A stretch of 64,000 bases of DNA from Chrysomallon squamiferum (Eukaryota; Animalia; Mollusca), in NCBI GenBank assembly GCA_012295275.1, contig CM022667.1:186001-250000 (forward strand), given 5' to 3'. This document shows, piece by piece, positions 1 to 13,414 of the stretch. The translations under genes were made by a program, and so were the position numbers. The notes beneath the pieces were generated by a model that ran no database searches, was not told where the DNA came from, and worked only from the letters and a program-made list of their open reading frames with translations. Position 1 is the stretch's first letter; every line of letters begins with the position of its first letter.

Positions 1-68
1 GGGCAAAAATTATGAAAAAAATAATAATAATAAAATAAAATAAATAAAAAACATTTCATGATTCTCAC

Positions 69-176
69 CATTGCTGATATTTTCCTGGTTACTGGTATAG
101 GATTTCCTCTAGCAGTCCAGTTGAGACCAGATTCATCCAAAATCTTCATGGCACAGTCCAGTACAAGTCCTTGAAA
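69..176 (-). CDS. TGM: Transglutaminase exon (FQGLVLDCAMKILDESGLNWTARGNPIPVTRKISAM)
   Basis: 108 nt, phase 0/0; acceptor ctttgactag, donor GTGAGA; continues PWNFGQ|F. Confidence 0.93.
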
Positions 177-1036
177 CTAGTCAAAGAAACAATGAGTAAG
201 ATTTAGAAAATATTCTTTTTTTGTTGTTGTTGTTTTTTTTGACAGTTTAAAATTCATTGAAACTGGATAAGATGTAATAAGTAAGGTTTAGATAATACTG
301 TTTTATATTTCAATGAGCTGTCCCATACATGTACTTGACACTATTCAATGAAATGAGGTAAGGTTTAGATAATAGTATTTGTTTTTGTAATCTTTACTGT
401 ATAGTTCAATACATATCTTTGAAACAAATTGATAGAACTATACTAGTGTTAAAGTTTAAATAAGAAATTTTTTTGATTTCTTTGACTTATACAAGTCCTT
501 GACACAAGTCAGTAAAATTATTAAGTAAAGTTTAGATAACAAAATGCTAATTTTAGTATAGTGTATGTTACTGAAACTAGTAAAAGAAACAATAAGTAAC
601 ATTTAGATAATAGTTTTTTTTAGACTTAATCATCTTTTTGCATCAATGCAATGAAATGATTACTTTTGTTTTTCAAAATATATATAATGAAGTTAGAATT
701 CTATGATTTCAAATTCCTCTCTATATATATATATATATATATATAGCTTAGATAAAATGCAATTATTACTAAATTCACCTGTCCAAAATTCCATGGTTTT
801 GGAGTTATCTTTCTTGAAGATCCTGAATAAATCCTTCCAGTCTCATTAAGGACATACTCTTCAAGTTCTCTTGTTTCTGGCATGTAGACCATGTCATCTT
901 AAAAATATTTAAAATATTTATATAAAGTATGATGATGATAATGATGGTCATGGTGATGATGATGGTGATGATGATAATAATAATAGTAGTAGTAGTAATA
1001 ATACTAATAATGATGGTGACAATGATGATTATTCAA

Positions 1037-1075
<39 letters not shown>

Positions 1076-1264
1076 TTTGTATATATATATATGGGTTTTT
1101 ATGAGAATATATAATTCCTTGGTCTTAAATAATGAAAAAATACCATCTACATTCTTTCAAGTCTGAATTTAAAAATACATTAAAATACCCAAAAGATAGT
1201 TTGTTTAGGATTTTTATAATTACGGTTTTGTATGTATGTATGTGCTTATGCAGGACTATATGTT

Positions 1265-1301
<37 letters not shown>

Positions 1302-3279
1302 AAATATATACATGTATGTATGTACATATATCTACCTTTACTCCAAGGATTAAACAGAATATAAATTGGATCCTTATGGTTGTATCTGTAGATGGAAAGT
1401 TTGTTGTTATGCTTTTTGACCACATCGATCTTGAACTTCCATTTTCCAATAAAGCACTGGGGTGGTGTTGCTATGGTTACATGGAGGTTATTCTCCTCCT
1501 GCTTCAGGATCCATGCCCCCCAGTCCTTTGGTTCATCTTTTTCAGACAAAACAAACTCTATGTGTGTCCTCTTGCTGGGCATGGGGTTATCTCCTGAATG
1601 AGAATCAGTTAGTAGATTATTAAGCAGATTAATTATTTTTATATCTATCATTATCTATCTCAGTCTTCTGTTTTATCTCTCTCTGTCTCTCTCTAACTTT
1701 CTCTTTGTGTCACACTCTCTAACTCTCTTTCTGTTTCTCACTGTCTCTCTGTCTCTCTAACTCTTTCTTTCTGTTTCTCTGTCTCTCTCTTTCTTTCATT
1801 CTCTAAGTCTCTCTCTTTATTTCTTTCATTCTCTCTCTCTGTGTCTCTCTCTTCTTTTCTTTTTTTATGTTTGTAAGTTTGTAAGGGAGATAAATGAGGA
1901 ACCAAAACTAAATGTAAGGGAGATAAATCATAAAGAAGTATATGTATAAACTATAATACTAATAGAGATAACTAAAATTATTTATTTATTTATTTTTTTT
2001 TTTTAAATCTGAATGAAAATTAGATGTTAGTTGAATATTAATACATTTTATCAGAGGAAGAATCTAAAACAGTAAGTCTGTCATTATTATTATTACCATG
2101 GATATAAAATGATATAAATAAAAATAAAATTCTTAATACTGTTGTTGTAATGAATAGTAAATCAATTTAAAAAAAAAAAAAAAAAAATGTTTTGTCATTG
2201 TATAATAAAATGCTGATCTGATTTCAACTTTTAAGTAATCTTACTTTTCATCACCTTAGCAACCCAGAACATCAATCTCATTCATACGATTAAAAAACGA
2301 CCAACTTGGATGATCAAGTCACTTGGATGATTTAAATGATAACACCTTTTTTTTTTTTGATAATACGAATGACTTACCAGCCTGAAAGATGAGTCGCAGG
2401 TCATCGTCCTTGACACGGTAAGGTCGATTGAAGTGGATTGTGATGTTAAATGGCTGACCTCTTCGAACGACCAGCTGAGGATTGACGAGTCTCCTCGGGG
2501 TCGGTGATGTCGTACTCATCAGTGTGGTGGCTCTTAGCGTTTTCAACAACGTTGTAGTTCACACCACTCACAGACAGAAGACCATCAACAGCATTGTCTG
2601 GAACTGGATAAAAAAAATAATAATAATAAATAAAGTACCAGTTACGTAATAAATAAAAATATTTTTTGTAAAGTAATTTTGTAATAATTCAAAATTATTT
2701 ATTTACAGACGTTAATGAAGATATATATTTTTTTTTTTGATGTTTGTGTTGTTGTTTATTTTATTTTATTTCCTCCATAAAGAAGAATTTTTCATTTTGA
2801 AAGTGGCTTTTTTTTTTAATTTTCAGCATGACCAGTACAGTATGCATTATAAGAAAATCATAATGAATTAAGTGTGATAAATTATTTTTTAATGATTAAA
2901 AATTATCAAAATTTTCCATTTATGTCAAATCCATGTTAACGTAATCATCTTTTAATCTTTTTTGTTTTATGAAAACTACAAAAAAAAATAATAATAATTA
3001 CTTTTATAACTTACACAGTTTATAACTAATATTTAAATCTGAAATTTTCCATAATGTTCTTTAACTATAAATAAAACATTATGAAGAGTCTTTTTATATA
3101 TTGTCACAATATGAACATTACATATAATGTTGACCATTTGCAAAAATGCCAGAACCAAAAATAAGATTTTTTTTTTATGAGATACTGTCAGGAAAAAGAC
3201 CTCTGATAATAATATTGGTTTTATATGTTTGTTATTATTATTATTGTTGTTGTTATTATTATTGTTATTATTGTTATTA

Positions 3280-3314
<35 letters not shown>

Positions 3315-3448
3315 GCTATATATAATGATTATAATGAAGAGTGAAATTGGCACTTAATAATATAACAGCGATATAAAGTTCATCATTATTATCATCATCA
3401 TCATTATTATTATAATTACTACTGTCATTATCATTATTATTATTACTA

Positions 3449-3513
<65 letters not shown>

Positions 3514-6214
3514 AACATGAAAAAGAAAATAATACATTTTAGATTTATTAAAACTGTTACTAGATTTTCAAAATAAAATTTTCTTTTTGTAATTTTTTTG
3601 TTCTTCTTTATTTAACATTTGCTCACAACCACTCTTGTTACACATACATATTTTATTACACTAAGACATGTCAAATGTGGGTTATATATTTTAAAATATG
3701 CATCACAGTTTACATCATGCCAGGATTTTTATTTATCTTTAATTTTTTTTATTATTATTTTTTTTTTTAATTATCTAATTCAAGAGTAGATAGGTGTGTC
3801 AAAAGTGAAATTTAAACAAGGAAAACATTTATAATTGTTTTCTTTTTAAATGTTTCTATTTAATCTTTTGTTTCCATTGTCAAATCTGGCTTTGTAGATT
3901 GTGACGTATAATATAAAACCTCTAAAAGGAAACTATATTTGAAAAATAAAATGAAAACCAGATGCAGACGTTTTTGATAAAATCATCTATTTAAAAATAA
4001 TAAATATTTTATATTGTAATATTTCTAAATAAATGCACAATTTTGAGTTATGTTAATTATTTAACAAATCTTTTTTAATTAATATAAATAATACTCTATG
4101 TAATAAAAATGAAGCCATGAAATTAATGTTATTTCAAAAGTTATTTCATTTCAGATTTTTTTTAAATAATGAAAATATAATTGTGTGTTATAAAAATAAA
4201 GCTATGTCTGCAGTTTAAAGTTAAAATGACATTTCCATAGGGTGTGTTTAAAATTTCCTGTGAGAAGAAAAGAAAATTATGGCTATTATAGCACTTTAAA
4301 TGTCATTTGTTTCACGTTTTTTCTTTATCAATTTTCCATCATCTCTATTCTTCTTCTTTTTTTTTTTTAAATTTTCAAAACATTTAGTTTTTTTCATAGA
4401 AAAAATACAACACTTATTGACTTATCTTATTTATTTATTTATTTAATTATCTTTTTCTTTTTTCTTTTTCTTATTTCCTTTCTTTCTTTAAGTTAGGTGA
4501 ATTATAGACTATTCACTGGTCAGATAAATTATAAATCAATGTGTTATATTCCAGATAAATTATAGACCAATGAGTTATATTACAGACAAATTATAGACCA
4601 ATGAGTTATATTACAGACAAATTATAGATCAATGAGTTATATTACAGACAAATTATAGATCAATGAGTTTTATATTCCAGATAAATTATAGACCAATGAG
4701 TTATATTACAGACAAATTATAGATCAATGAGTTATATTACAGACAAATTATAGATCAATGAGTTATATTACAGACAAATTATAGATCAATGAGTTATATT
4801 CCAGATAAATTATAGACCAATGAGTTATATTACAGACAAATTATAGATCAATGAGTTATATTACAGACAAATTATAGATCAATGAGTTATATTACAGACA
4901 AATTATAGATCAATGAGTTATATTACAGACAAATTATAGATCAGTGAGTTATATTACAGACAAATTATAGATCAATGAGTTATATTCCAGATAAATTATA
5001 GACCAATGAGTTATATTACAGACAAATTATAGATCAATGAGTTATATTACAGACAAATTATAGATCAATGAGTTATATTACAGACAAATTATAGATCAAT
5101 GAGTTATATTCCAGATAAATTATAGACCAATGAGTTATATTACAGACAAATTATAGATCAATGAGTTATATTACAGACAAATTATAGATCAATGAGTTAT
5201 ATTACAGACAAATTATAGATCAATGAGTTATATTCCAGATAAATTATAGACCAATGAGTTATATTCCAGATAAATTAAAGACCAATGTGTTATATTCCAG
5301 ATAAATTAAAGACCAATGTGTTATATTCCAAACATATAGACACCTGAGTTACACTCCAGGTAAATTACAGACTCTGAGCTAAAGTCCAGGTAATTATAGA
5401 CCACTGAGTAACAACAGTCCAGATAAAATATGGATCACTCAGTTACAGCTAAGGTAAATGTATAGACCAGTGAGTTACAGTCCAGGTAACACATAAATCA
5501 CTGAATTATACTCCAGATGAGCTACTGGTCATTTAAATTATTGACTAGTGAGTCCAGGTGACTTTCAGATCCCAGAGGTCGATGAATTAAAGACCCGGTC
5601 AGTTATGTCGCTGTTATGACTTATATGAATGCTGTAATCATTCAAACAGGAGTCCAGTTCTCTCTGCTGCAAGGTAAAAGTTTCAAGTATGGTGTGAGCA
5701 GATGCAAAACAAGCTTCCTTTATCAGCAGTAAGTGTCTGTAAACGGCATCTAAAAATACCTCATTCACGGTGTCATTCTAAGCACATCTAATCAAATATT
5801 TGCTTGCAGGGATAACTGCAGTGCACCAAAGATAAATTACTCTTTTCATTTCTCCATGGGTTTCTGTTTACATGGGTTGGTGTTGAAGTATACAGAGATG
5901 TGTTAGATGTCTGGGTAATTTAAAGTTTTATTTTTAATCTTTGTAAAATGTTCAGCAGCGAAATGTTTCATAGTTTTAAATTTTAGAATTTCTTTTTACC
6001 TTTTTAATGCACTTTTCTGTAATAAAATGTTTTTTTTAGTAATTGAAAGTTCTTGTTATATATACATATACCCAAACATGCACACAAGCACATATTTGTA
6101 TATATGTATGTGTGGTTATGTATGTCTGTGTGTGTGTGTGTGTGTGTGGATAGATATATAGATATAGATAGACAGATAGACAGATAATGATAGATAGACA
6201 GATAATAATCGAGC

Positions 6215-6252
<38 letters not shown>

Positions 6253-6838
6253 CAGATAGATAGATACACAGATATAGCTCAAACACATCTATATCATTTC
6301 CTATTATAACATCAGTTAACAAGCAAATCAAAATGGCTGCAGTGCATTGCAAACTGGGATGGATGACATAAACTGATGATGTCAGAGAAAACAAACAACA
6401 TAACTTTTATTCATTAACTCATTTCACCCTGAAAATTATATCTGAACCCCACACCAAGAACTGTGGATCTGCTCCTGGTAATAAACAAATGAAAAAAAGT
6501 TTACATAATGGCAGGATGTATATGACAGCCAACTAGATAAAGAGTTAATAACAGCCATTTTCTACAAGACAGAAAAGTGCAGCAGTATTTATTTTCACTT
6601 GTAATTTAGATAATACTATTCTGTGTGTCATCGTTTTAATAATATACAGAAGTTGATAAGACACATGTAGGTGTGAGCATGTATGATGAACTAATATGAA
6701 TGTGTGTGTGTGTGTGTGTGTGTATTTATTTATGTATGTATACACATGTGTATGTGTGTGTGTCTCTCTGTGCTGAGGTTAAGTGAATATGTAATGTATT
6801 TGTATGTGTTTTATATTTTTTATATGTATGTATGTAGG

Positions 6839-6876
<38 letters not shown>

Positions 6877-9343
6877 ATATGTTGAGCATATGTTTGTGTA
6901 TACATGTATATATGTTGAGCATAAGTGTGTTTACACATGTGTTTGTTTATATATATGTATGTATAAATTAATATGTTTGCAGAAAAACAAGATTATACTT
7001 AAACATTATTACTTAGTACCATCATATATTACACAAACAATAACATATTTTATCACAATACAAACTTTTGTTTGCTCTTCATGCATGAACTCACATGTAC
7101 ACATAAACTAAACAAACACAATGACAGCCAGGCTGGAATGCTATTTTTTTGTTGGTGTGTGTATTATTTGTTACTTTTACAGATTACACCTTGCTGTTCC
7201 AGCACTTTCTGTGTTATTTCTAATACATTAGCCATATAACTGAATGCAGGGCATAAATGCATGTATCATATGGACTTTAAGGAACTTAAAACTGAACTAA
7301 TCTATAATATATAATTTATGTGTTTGTGTGACGAAATAACTAAATAAGTAAATAAAATAAAATATATTAAAATAAAATTAAACAAAACAAATAAAATAAA
7401 ATAAGTAAACATATAAATAAGTAAGTAAATAAATATAAATTAACTGTCTATTATAGTATTTTTAAAAAGTTATATTTTTTTCAACGCTATTTTAAAATGA
7501 GAATGGAATAACTACAATTAACAAGAAAGCTGATATCATGATTTTTGAGGACTGTCTAGATTGCAAAAATCTACAATAGATACATCATTAAGATAAATGT
7601 TTGATCATTTTTTAACATGCTATGTAATATTTCTACTGACAATAAATTAAATAATTAACTAAAATATTATCTTCCTTCTTCTTCCTTTTAAAATTATACA
7701 TATTTAGGGCTTTTTTAGATTTTATTTTATTTCATTCTTTTTCTTTATTTCTTCATTTTTAAAATTTTCTTTATTCTTTCTTTCTTTCATTTTTTTTTTT
7801 TTCTTTCATTCCATTTCTTTCTTTCTTTCATGTTTTCTCTCATTCCTTTATTCTGTGTGCAATATAACTAATACTTAAAAAATTAATATTAAAGACATTA
7901 AAACAACATTTTGTTTGTTTGTTTGTTTGTTGTTGTTTATTTTGATTTTTTTTTTTTTTTTTTTTTTTTGTTAGCTTTTACTTTTTATTTATTTATTTAT
8001 TATTTTTTTTTTTTTTTAATATAAAATTTTCTAATAAAATAAAATAAAATAAATGTTTACCTGTTGTGATATTTGTTCCTTCCAAAGAAAACTCTGTCAC
8101 ATGTACCTTATTGCGGAAACCTGGGTGACGTTGCGCGTGCGTGTTCCGATCGATTCGGGACGAAGTGTTAACGTTAAGTACTTCTTCGTCAGACACCGCC
8201 ACTTTCACACAACACTTACTTTTGAAACAGTTCAAAACGTAATCCATATTTTTTCCGAATGAAGTAAGATTTCTGCTTGGCCTTTTTCAGCTTTTTTTTT
8301 TTTTTTTTTTTTAATTTTTAACTAATAAACGTTTTTCATTCCGATTATTAATTTATTTATTTTTCGTTTAATTATTAATTTCTTTCAGTCTTTGTTTTTG
8401 GGTTGTTTTTTTTTTTTTTTTTTTTTTCTTGTTGATAATCCAGTAATATCTTTAAAACACTTATTCCAGAACGTTCTTAATTAAATATTGAAATTATTAT
8501 TTTGTTAAACTGGAAATATTTGTTATACAGTAAAAAACATTTTCTTCGTTTATTAAATTTACACCTTTCAAAGTTTCATTTAAGTTTATATAACATTTAG
8601 AATAAAAGTCTACAAATTATAAAAATAATATAAATTAAAAAAATATATACTACCTAACTGCCTTGTTCGTATTTTAAATTTCTTATAATTATTTTGCAAT
8701 TACTTACATTTAATATTAAATTTTACAGTCATCACAAAAAAGTAGCACATTACACATATATAAACAAACTTCAAAGAATAAAGTGTTCGGTATTCACACT
8801 TAAAAGATAATTCGAATTATACGACTGCGGAAATTAAACCACATTAGAAACAGCGTCCGCAAAAGCAAAAAATAAATGTATGTAAATATCCTTAGTGACC
8901 TGAAAACAACTGTTGCGGCGTCTGTATGCAAATGACAAACAAGTGACAGAAATGCTGATGACAAAGATGTGAAAATTACGTCACAGAACAATCGCTCTAT
9001 AGTTACACAATGCGCAGCGTTCCCGTTTGGTCCTACAAGCAGCAGGCAAATCCCAGAATTCCATCAGCATCACCCATCAAAAAGTGGGCTGATTTGTGGA
9101 GACAACGTAAGCTGATGTGTGTGTGTAATATAAACCCGCTGAATTGCCCAGCTTGAATATATATATTTTTTTTTTAATGAAATAATGGGATGGGTATTTG
9201 GTTCTTTTTCTCTTAATTTTTGTACTTATTTATTTATTTTATTATTATTATTATTTTTTTTTTAATCTAAAATTCTGATACGGAACATTTTGTGTTGATA
9301 GTGAAAATAAAACTGTAATAAAGTATACGTGTTTTAAAGTTTC

Positions 9344-9379
<36 letters not shown>

Positions 9380-10001
9380 TTATTCTTTTTTTCTCTCGTC
9401 TAGATTTTTTCATTTTTTCTTTTAGAACTTTTTTCTATTTTATTTTACACTTTCATTCTTCTTTTTTTTATCATTATTTTATTTTCAATTTCATTATTTT
9501 AATTTATTTAGAGTTTACCAGCTATTTATTTATTTATTTATTTAAATTATCTTAAAATACATATATAAATATATATTTAGAAACACACCTGTCCAAAAAA
9601 GTAAAATATTAAAAAACGGACGACAACTTTAAATAAATATGCATGTGTATGCACACACACACACACACGCACACGCTTGGTAAAAAAAAGTAAAAATATT
9701 AGAAAATGGACGGAACCATTTAATTTCTAGAAATAACATTAAGGAATGTATAGGTAAAGTAACATGGCACCAATGCATATTCATAGATATTAAATAAATA
9801 ATACATCATAGAATGGATATATAATTTGTATGACTACTTCTATGTATGGACTTCTGTTTTGTCTGCAGTCAGGAATGGACAAATGGTTCACCAAAAGCTA
9901 TGCCATATGAAAATTCAAATGTTTGAAAAGTATATTACTATTATGATTACATCGTTTGAATCAAAACCCCACGAAACACACCCTCGAAAACACGTATGTA
10001 T

Positions 10002-10039
<38 letters not shown>

Positions 10040-10134
10040 CGTGTTGTGTGTGTGTGTACACATGTATATGTTAATATAATGTCATTTACTACTAATTTTT
10101 AGACTGTGAAGCATTCATCAGGCAGGTTTTTGTG

Positions 10135-10213
<79 letters not shown>

Positions 10214-11318
10214 TATTAATTTTCTGATACCTCTCAAGCTCGATTTCAGTGGGCGGAGTCTGCTAAAGTCTAGGAAGGTAAACGTCAGCCTGAAAATTTA
10301 TCTTTCGTTTGTTTCTAATTAATTCTATAAGTGTTAAAAACTTTTTTTTTTTTTTACACAGTCTGAAGATTTTTGAGGTGTACCATGTAAACAATATTCT
10401 TACTTAGTTAAAAAGATCAAGTTTCAACTGTGTATTTTTATTTTTAACACACACGTGTTACATTGTTAAAGTATTTATTTGGAATGTAAACGATTTAGTA
10501 GGTGTATTGTATTTGATTTGTTTATGATACTGGGTCACGTGAGAAACGACAAGAATTTTATTTTTTTTCCTTTATTTTTTTTTATGTGTAAAAAGTAATT
10601 TTCAAAATGAAAAAAAAAAAAAAAAAAAATGAAATGAAAAGAAACAGATACCTACATATTTACTTACGCAAATACATACGTACATACAAACGCATAGTTC
10701 ATACGTACGTGCATAGTATTTATACGTACAAATACACATTCAAAAATGCAGGTATACACATACATAATCTGCATAAAAGCATTCATACATACAAACGCAT
10801 GCGAAGACATACACGTATAGACATATATATATATACACATAACAAATTTACCAAATAACACACACAACAGAAACAAGGAGAAAAAAAGACTTAAAATGAA
10901 AAAACAATAAATAATTCTTGATTAATTATCTCAGAGAAAGTCTAAAAAGGTGTAACCGTATAATTTACCTTTGACTAGAATACATTCTTTCACCTGTTGT
11001 CACTTTGAAGAGTACACAGTTTAACTTGTAGTTAAATATAAAGACATTTTTTAAAAATATATTAAAAACTTTCACAGCAGGTTCTATATATCACTGTCTA
11101 CTTCTAAACTCTGCGGGACATTTTTTTCTTTTCCTTTTTTTTTTTTTTTTTTTTATGTGTATTTTTATCAGTGAGACGTGTAAGGTAATATACTAAAGTG
11201 TATCTTTTGAGATACGAAGAAACAGCCTAATTATGTTCTGGATACTTCCAAGGCATTCTACTTTTGTTGTGGTTTATTTATTGTATTTATTTGTTTTGTT
11301 TTGTATTTTTGTATATAT

Positions 11319-11353
<35 letters not shown>

Positions 11354-11488
11354 TTATTATTATTTATATATTATTATTAATAATAAACATAAATATGACA
11401 ACAGAAAGTGTACAGTTAAAAAATATCTGTATTAAACCATTTTTCTTAGTCTGACGTCATCGTTTACAACAGAGACTACCGATTTACA

Positions 11489-11522
<34 letters not shown>

Positions 11523-13263
11523 TTAATTATTATATTTAGATTTATCAGTGTGTTGTGAAAATGTTTACTTTCAGTGTTACCAGAAAAAATATAAAAATAA
11601 TATAATAAAATTACAAGTCTATCATGTATGCAGCGAGCGATGACGTCATAATTCTACTCGTGAAAGGGTAAAATAGCGCTGTTATTATTTTGTTACGACT
11701 AATGATAACATAATAATTTGGATGTATGAAGAAATTTATTGGACTGCTTGTACTAATACTACAGGTTCACTTTAAAGATAATTTCTGAAATCTACTACTA
11801 CATGTTCACTTTAAAGATAATTTCCGAAGCTGTATTTAAGTTCTTCTGAACACTACGGTCTTTGAATGTAGAAAACAAAATGACTAGTTGTTATAAAGTT
11901 AAGTGCATCTGGGTGATGATAATAATCATGTTATTACGATGATGAAGATAATGATAATAATTATCTTAATATCATTTTAATAAAGCCCATCTGAGCATTA
12001 GTAGTTGTGTGTTAACTATTACTAATGAAGCAATGCGAATTTTGTTGCAAAAATTAACACGTGTGTGTGTGTGTGAATTATAATAATTTAGCAGATATTT
12101 TTAATTAATTTACTAATAATTAGCTATCAGCAATTAGAAATATGTAAAATTCTAATTAAGTGCCTCTAATATTTATTGTGTCAGCATTTTTTTAAATTTG
12201 ATTAATGATCTAAGCGATTGGTTACATGAGTTCAGTTTTATTCAGCTGTGGTGTATTTATTAAAATTTTTTTTTTTTTTTTTACTTCATTAATGAATATG
12301 TTTCTGAAATAAGTGGTTAAATGTACTAATTAATTTTAATAAAGCATTTAATATTCAAAATTACCTTTTGACCATGAAATATTATATAAAAGTTGACTTA
12401 CTTCTTTGTATTTCGTTAGCGTTTCTCTCCGTCTGTTGTACTGTTTTTGCAAACACAATTATATATATAAATATATATCTACATCCATTTTTACAATGTC
12501 TGTTTGATGTCTGGTGTCTGTTCTGGGTTTTATTTTTGGGATAATAAATAGACAGATAGGTTAGTTAGATAGACAGAAATATTAAGTAGAGAGACTGACA
12601 GAAAGACACTGAATGATGGATAGATGGATAAATAGATAGATAGATAAATAGATAGACAGACAAACGGAAAGAGAAATAAATAGATTGATGGATACATAGA
12701 TGGACAAACAATCACACAGACAGATATGCAGAAATACAGAGATTATATTAAACAGATGTAAAATAAAAAATAAACAGACAAATAGAGAGATAGATGGATG
12801 GACGAATGGATAGAAAACCGACAGATAAACAAAGATATAGTAAGGTAGTTAGATAAATATGTAGACAGACAGTTATATAAAAATTAATTTTATTAGATAA
12901 ACAGACAGAAATATTGACTATGTTATATTATATATTAGATAGTTGGACATGCAGACAGATGTAGAAGTAGACAGACAGAGTGACAGACAGACAGACAGAC
13001 AAATAACTCCAGCACTAAAATCACTATTAACAAATAACACACTTACTATCTCTAGCATAACTTTCAAGCGGTATTGTCCTGTCGTAGTTGCAAACCTCAT
13101 CACCACCGTACTCGTACATGTTGCAGTATCTCCTCAGCAAGTCGTTGTAGCTGTTGTCTGGTTGACGATGTCCACGCGGATGAAATATGCTAGGTCTGAC
13201 GACGGTGGTGTTGTAGCTTCGTCCAGGAGAGGAGAAGTATGGTCTGTGGTGAACCCTCGGCAT
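69..13263 (-). CDS. TGM: Transglutaminase (protein-glutamine gamma-glutamyltransferase), 5' portion; gene continues beyond the left edge
   Basis: Spliced exons give the TGase N-terminal beta-sandwich and the start of the core domain: N..HHTDEY, LVVRRGQPF, IATPPQCFIGKWKF, YILFNPWSKDDMVYM, EYVLNETGRIYSG, PWNFGQF, RGNPIPVTRKISAM. All introns are GT-AG and phases match, apart from one frameshift inside exon 2378-2603. Confidence 0.95.
779..897 (-). CDS. TGM: Transglutaminase exon (DDMVYMPETRELEEYVLNETGRIYSGSSRKITPKPWNFGQ)
   Basis: 119 nt, phase 1/0; acceptor ttttaag, donor GTGAAT; conserved EYVL and PWNFGQ motifs. Confidence 0.95.
1336..1593 (-). CDS. TGM: Transglutaminase exon (GDNPMPSKRTH...YILFNPWSK)
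   Basis: 258 nt, phase 1/1; acceptor cattcag, donor GTAGAT; ILFNPW motif. Confidence 0.95.
2378..2603 (-). CDS. TGM: Transglutaminase exon (PDNAVDGLLSVSGVNYNVVENAKSHHTDEYDITD / PRRLVNPQLVVRRGQPF...FQA) with an internal +1 frameshift
   Basis: Acceptor ttttatccag, donor GTAAGT. The exon is 226 nt where phase 1/1 needs 225. HHTDEY and LVVRRGQ lie in different frames. Confidence 0.9.
4521..5560. repeat. 31-bp minisatellite (cagacaaattatagatcaatgagttatatta), about 26 near-perfect copies plus a degenerate tail
   Basis: 31-bp periodicity is directly visible over 4521-5330; copies diverge increasingly to about 5560. Confidence 0.97.
8061..8247 (-). CDS. Candidate alternative first coding exon A of transglutaminase (MDYVLNCFKSKCCVKV...TNITT)
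   Basis: ATG in strong context (AAT ATG G); 62 open codons in a CpG-rich island; CAG|GTAAAC donor in phase 1, matching the acceptor at 2603 (G+TT = Val). Confidence 0.6.
13047..13263 (-). CDS. Candidate first coding exon B of transglutaminase (MPRVHHRPYFSS...ESYARD)
   Basis: GC/CpG-rich 72-codon ORF; acceptor tttcttccag one base before the ATG; GTAAGT donor in phase 1 (A+TT = Ile joins the exon at 2603). Confidence 0.8.
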
Positions 13264-13382
13264 GCTGGAAGAAATCAGTTTTGTTGTTTAGACTCTGTCA
13301 GTTGTAGGTGAGATGGTTACATGTCTGTGTGTGTGTGTGTGTGTATGTGTGTCTCTGTGTCTGTGTGTTTGTGTGTCTGTGT

Positions 13383-13414
<32 letters not shown>

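Noticed and set aside
5565-5780. 67-aa GTG-start ORF in a TGase intron as a third alternative exon
   Set aside because: No ATG start, it ends in a stop rather than a phase-1 donor, and I recognise no homology.
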